64,000 nucleotides of DNA from an uncultured Planctomycetales bacterium (lineage in GTDB: Bacteria > Omnitrophota > Gorgyraeia > Aquiviventales > Aquiviventaceae): the NCBI GenBank assembly GCA_964373175.1, contig CAYJTP010000002.1, positions 40,402-104,401 of the forward strand, read 5' to 3'. Shown one piece after another: positions 60,001 through 63,000 of this stretch. A program made the translations under genes and the position numbers. The first letter of the stretch is position 1. Every line of letters starts with the position of its first letter. The notes under the pieces were generated by a model, which saw only the letters and a program-made list of their open reading frames with translations, was not told the origin of the DNA and did no database searches.

Positions 60001-63000
60001 GGAGCTGGGGAAGGTTGCGCAGCGTGAGGAGGACCTTGCTCGGGGCCGGCATGATCCTCACAGGGATCGGCAAGTTGATGGGACACCGACCGCTTCTCGC
60101 AGTCGGGTTATCGCTCGCTAGTCTTGCCGTCAGTCTGCTCGCGTTGAAGGTCTTCCCGCAGACCTACCGGAGTATTGAACAAGCGGTCACGCGGATCAGT
60201 CAGGCAAAGCCTCTGCCGACCATTGTGCTCATGGGCAGTTGGCTCATCGCGCTGGTGTCGTTGATGGCCGTGTGGAGCGTGGGGCTGTTGATTGGAGGGC
60301 GGATTCTTGAATGGGTGACTGCCGGCTTCTCTCTGCAGGGAATCGACACGTCGTTCTTGAGTCCGGTGCCGTGGGTCGCGTTGCTTGCGGGCGGGGTGTT
60401 CCTGGTTAAGGCGACCCTCCTGTTTGGCTCAGACAATGGGGTGCCATTCGAGCGCTCATCCCAGGTGCGCCCAGCCTTGAGGACGAACCTACTCTTCTAC
60501 GGAACGCTCCTGTTGGCCAATCTCCTGATGGCGTTGGGGTTGTCGTCCCATATCGGCACGCTGATCTTCCTCTATCAAAAACCCATGCCGTTACACCACG
60601 GGGATGGGGTCATCGCGCTGGCTGGCATGGCGGCGCTGTGGGGGATCGTGACTGGCAGAACCGCCTCGGTGCTGTGGCGAGAGGTGGGCCAGCGGCTTTC
60701 GGCGTGGTGGGCGCGCCACCGCCACTTCTTCGTGCCGTTTGGCCTGATGGCGACGATGAACGGGCAGACGACTCCGTCCTACTACGAGGCGGTGCAGCGA
60801 GTCTTGCCACCTCACATGGCTGGTCGTCGTAAGGTAGCCCACTATATCGTGGAGCGGTTTGGGAGCCGATGGGACGAAGCGCTCTCCATGATGGGTGGCC
60901 ATCTCCTTAACCGCACCCGTTGGCCCTTCATCGACCGAGCGCTCAAGGCTGGGCTTTCGATCACGGCTATTGCAGATTTGCTGCATTACTCCCACACCGT
61001 GGATGAGCAGAAGACGGGGGTCAAGACATTGCTAACGATAGAAGATTTCCCTCCCGAGTTTCAGGAGCTCGTCCTGACCCATAGTCAAAGCCGCCGAGGA
61101 TTTCATCGCGGGTCGATCAATTTACTGTGGACGCTCTATGAGGTTCTGAGACCTACTGGAAGTCCTGCGCCATCGGCCATCGAGTTTCCCGCATGGCTTA
61201 AGTTTGGATCGAGTGCGTCCCAGGCTGAGCGAGCGCTTCTCGAAACTCTTGAACGACGCGGCACGGCGGTGACTGATGAAGAACTCGTGCAAACGGCACG
61301 GAAGATTTTTGAGCTTCAAAAAGCCCAACGTCGTCGCTTGATTCCTCTCTATGCGTCTGACGGTGGTCCCTTGAGTGAACAAGACGTTCCAGTCCAGTTC
61401 CTCTCACCCGACTCCCCCCTCAAGTTTACCGTCCGGCAACGTGTGTTCTACGAGTTTCCTTCGCAGCCAACGAGCCATCCATCGCTTGATGCCTGGTTGA
61501 CCGATGAGTCACTGTATCAGTCGTTACGGCCGTTTCTCGCCAATCAACCTGAGGTATCATTCCCGCTGCTGTTGGCGAGTGTTGCCTTTGAGCCTGAGCG
61601 CGCCGATCGCATCGACACTGTTGAAGAGCGGTTCCTGCAAGTGTGGTTGCATCTGAGCAACCAGCTCCCAACAACTGTTCGGCAGCGGTTGCAAGGTCTC
61701 GAATCAACCATGGAGCAGGCATTTCGCCTCTTTGCTGCCCAACAGGGATTTGTACGTGTCAGAGCACCAACTGGAAGTCGATGGTTCAGCCACACCGCTC
61801 ATCTGTTGCACCGCAACACGATTGAGCGGTTGAACAGCCTGTACCGCGACGCAGGGTATCGGTTGGTGTTTGAGGATAGCCAGTTCTGGTGGGAACGAAA
61901 CCTCGCGACGGTGCCGAAGACAAACGGCTCTGTTTCACCCTTTGGAGTTGGCTTGGGCCAGCTCTTCACCCCTGAGGTCTGGCGGGATCTTGCCCAGCGG
62001 CTTTCGGCGTGGTGGGCGCGCGGGGTCTTAGGCGTGAACGGGAAGGTTAATATTCACGAGAAAAAGGGTACGAAAAAGGGTACCGGTTCTCATTTCTCGA
62101 CGCCGGACACGACCCCCATTACCTTCGGAGCCGATGCGGGTTTTGGGGAGCTGCTGAGGCGGCTTGGACAGGTGCCTCGAGCCTTCCAACAGTTGTTGCG
62201 CCGCGCCGTGCTGCCCATCACCACGCTCCAACCCGGCCCCTCGGTACCTGGTACCGGAGCCACAAGACCCAAGGCTCAAGGGAACGGATCAATCCTGCGC
62301 AGGCTCAACGAGCGGTTGCCGAGGAGCTACTGGTTCAATGGGGTGGCGATCGGGACCTTAGGCTTAGCCGCCTATTGGCTCGGGCTGATTCCGCACAGCG
62401 GGGAAAACTGGTTGCAAGTCCTCGCCAAAACTGTCGGCGGCTTCGTGGTCTTCTGGACGGTATCTGATACGCTCGCCAAGCGCAGCACCAGCGAGCCCAT
62501 CACCGGCAAGGGGCTGCGCGGTGCCGCCAGCGCCGGGTTGATTAACGGCCTGTACACGCTGGGCTTCTTTGCGCTCATCGCGCTGATCCCTGAGCCGATC
62601 GGTGCGCCGGCGCGTGTGTTCTTGGTGACGTTCCTCTTGATTGCGTCACGAAATTGGATTTATTCGAAGCTGTTCCACAGCCACGCCAAGGAGGCGCAGG
62701 ATGCGTGGCTAGTCAACCGGAGAAAAGAGGCCTACTGGTTTAGCCGTCCCGCCTCCATTCTGAAGAATACGATCATCCAGGCGCTCCTGCCGCTTCCGGT
62801 GCGGGGGCCGGTCGAGGCGATCATGACCCAGTGGTTCCAGCAGTACTACGCCTGGGCGTTCCATGTGCGCCGTCCATCACTGATCAGCCGGCCGCAGCGG
62901 GTTTCGGCGATCCAGCGGATGGTCTTTCCGTGGCATCGGGGTCCGGCGCTGATGGTCTACGGCCTGGTCGCGCCGGTGGTAAACGCTTGGGGAGGTGTGC

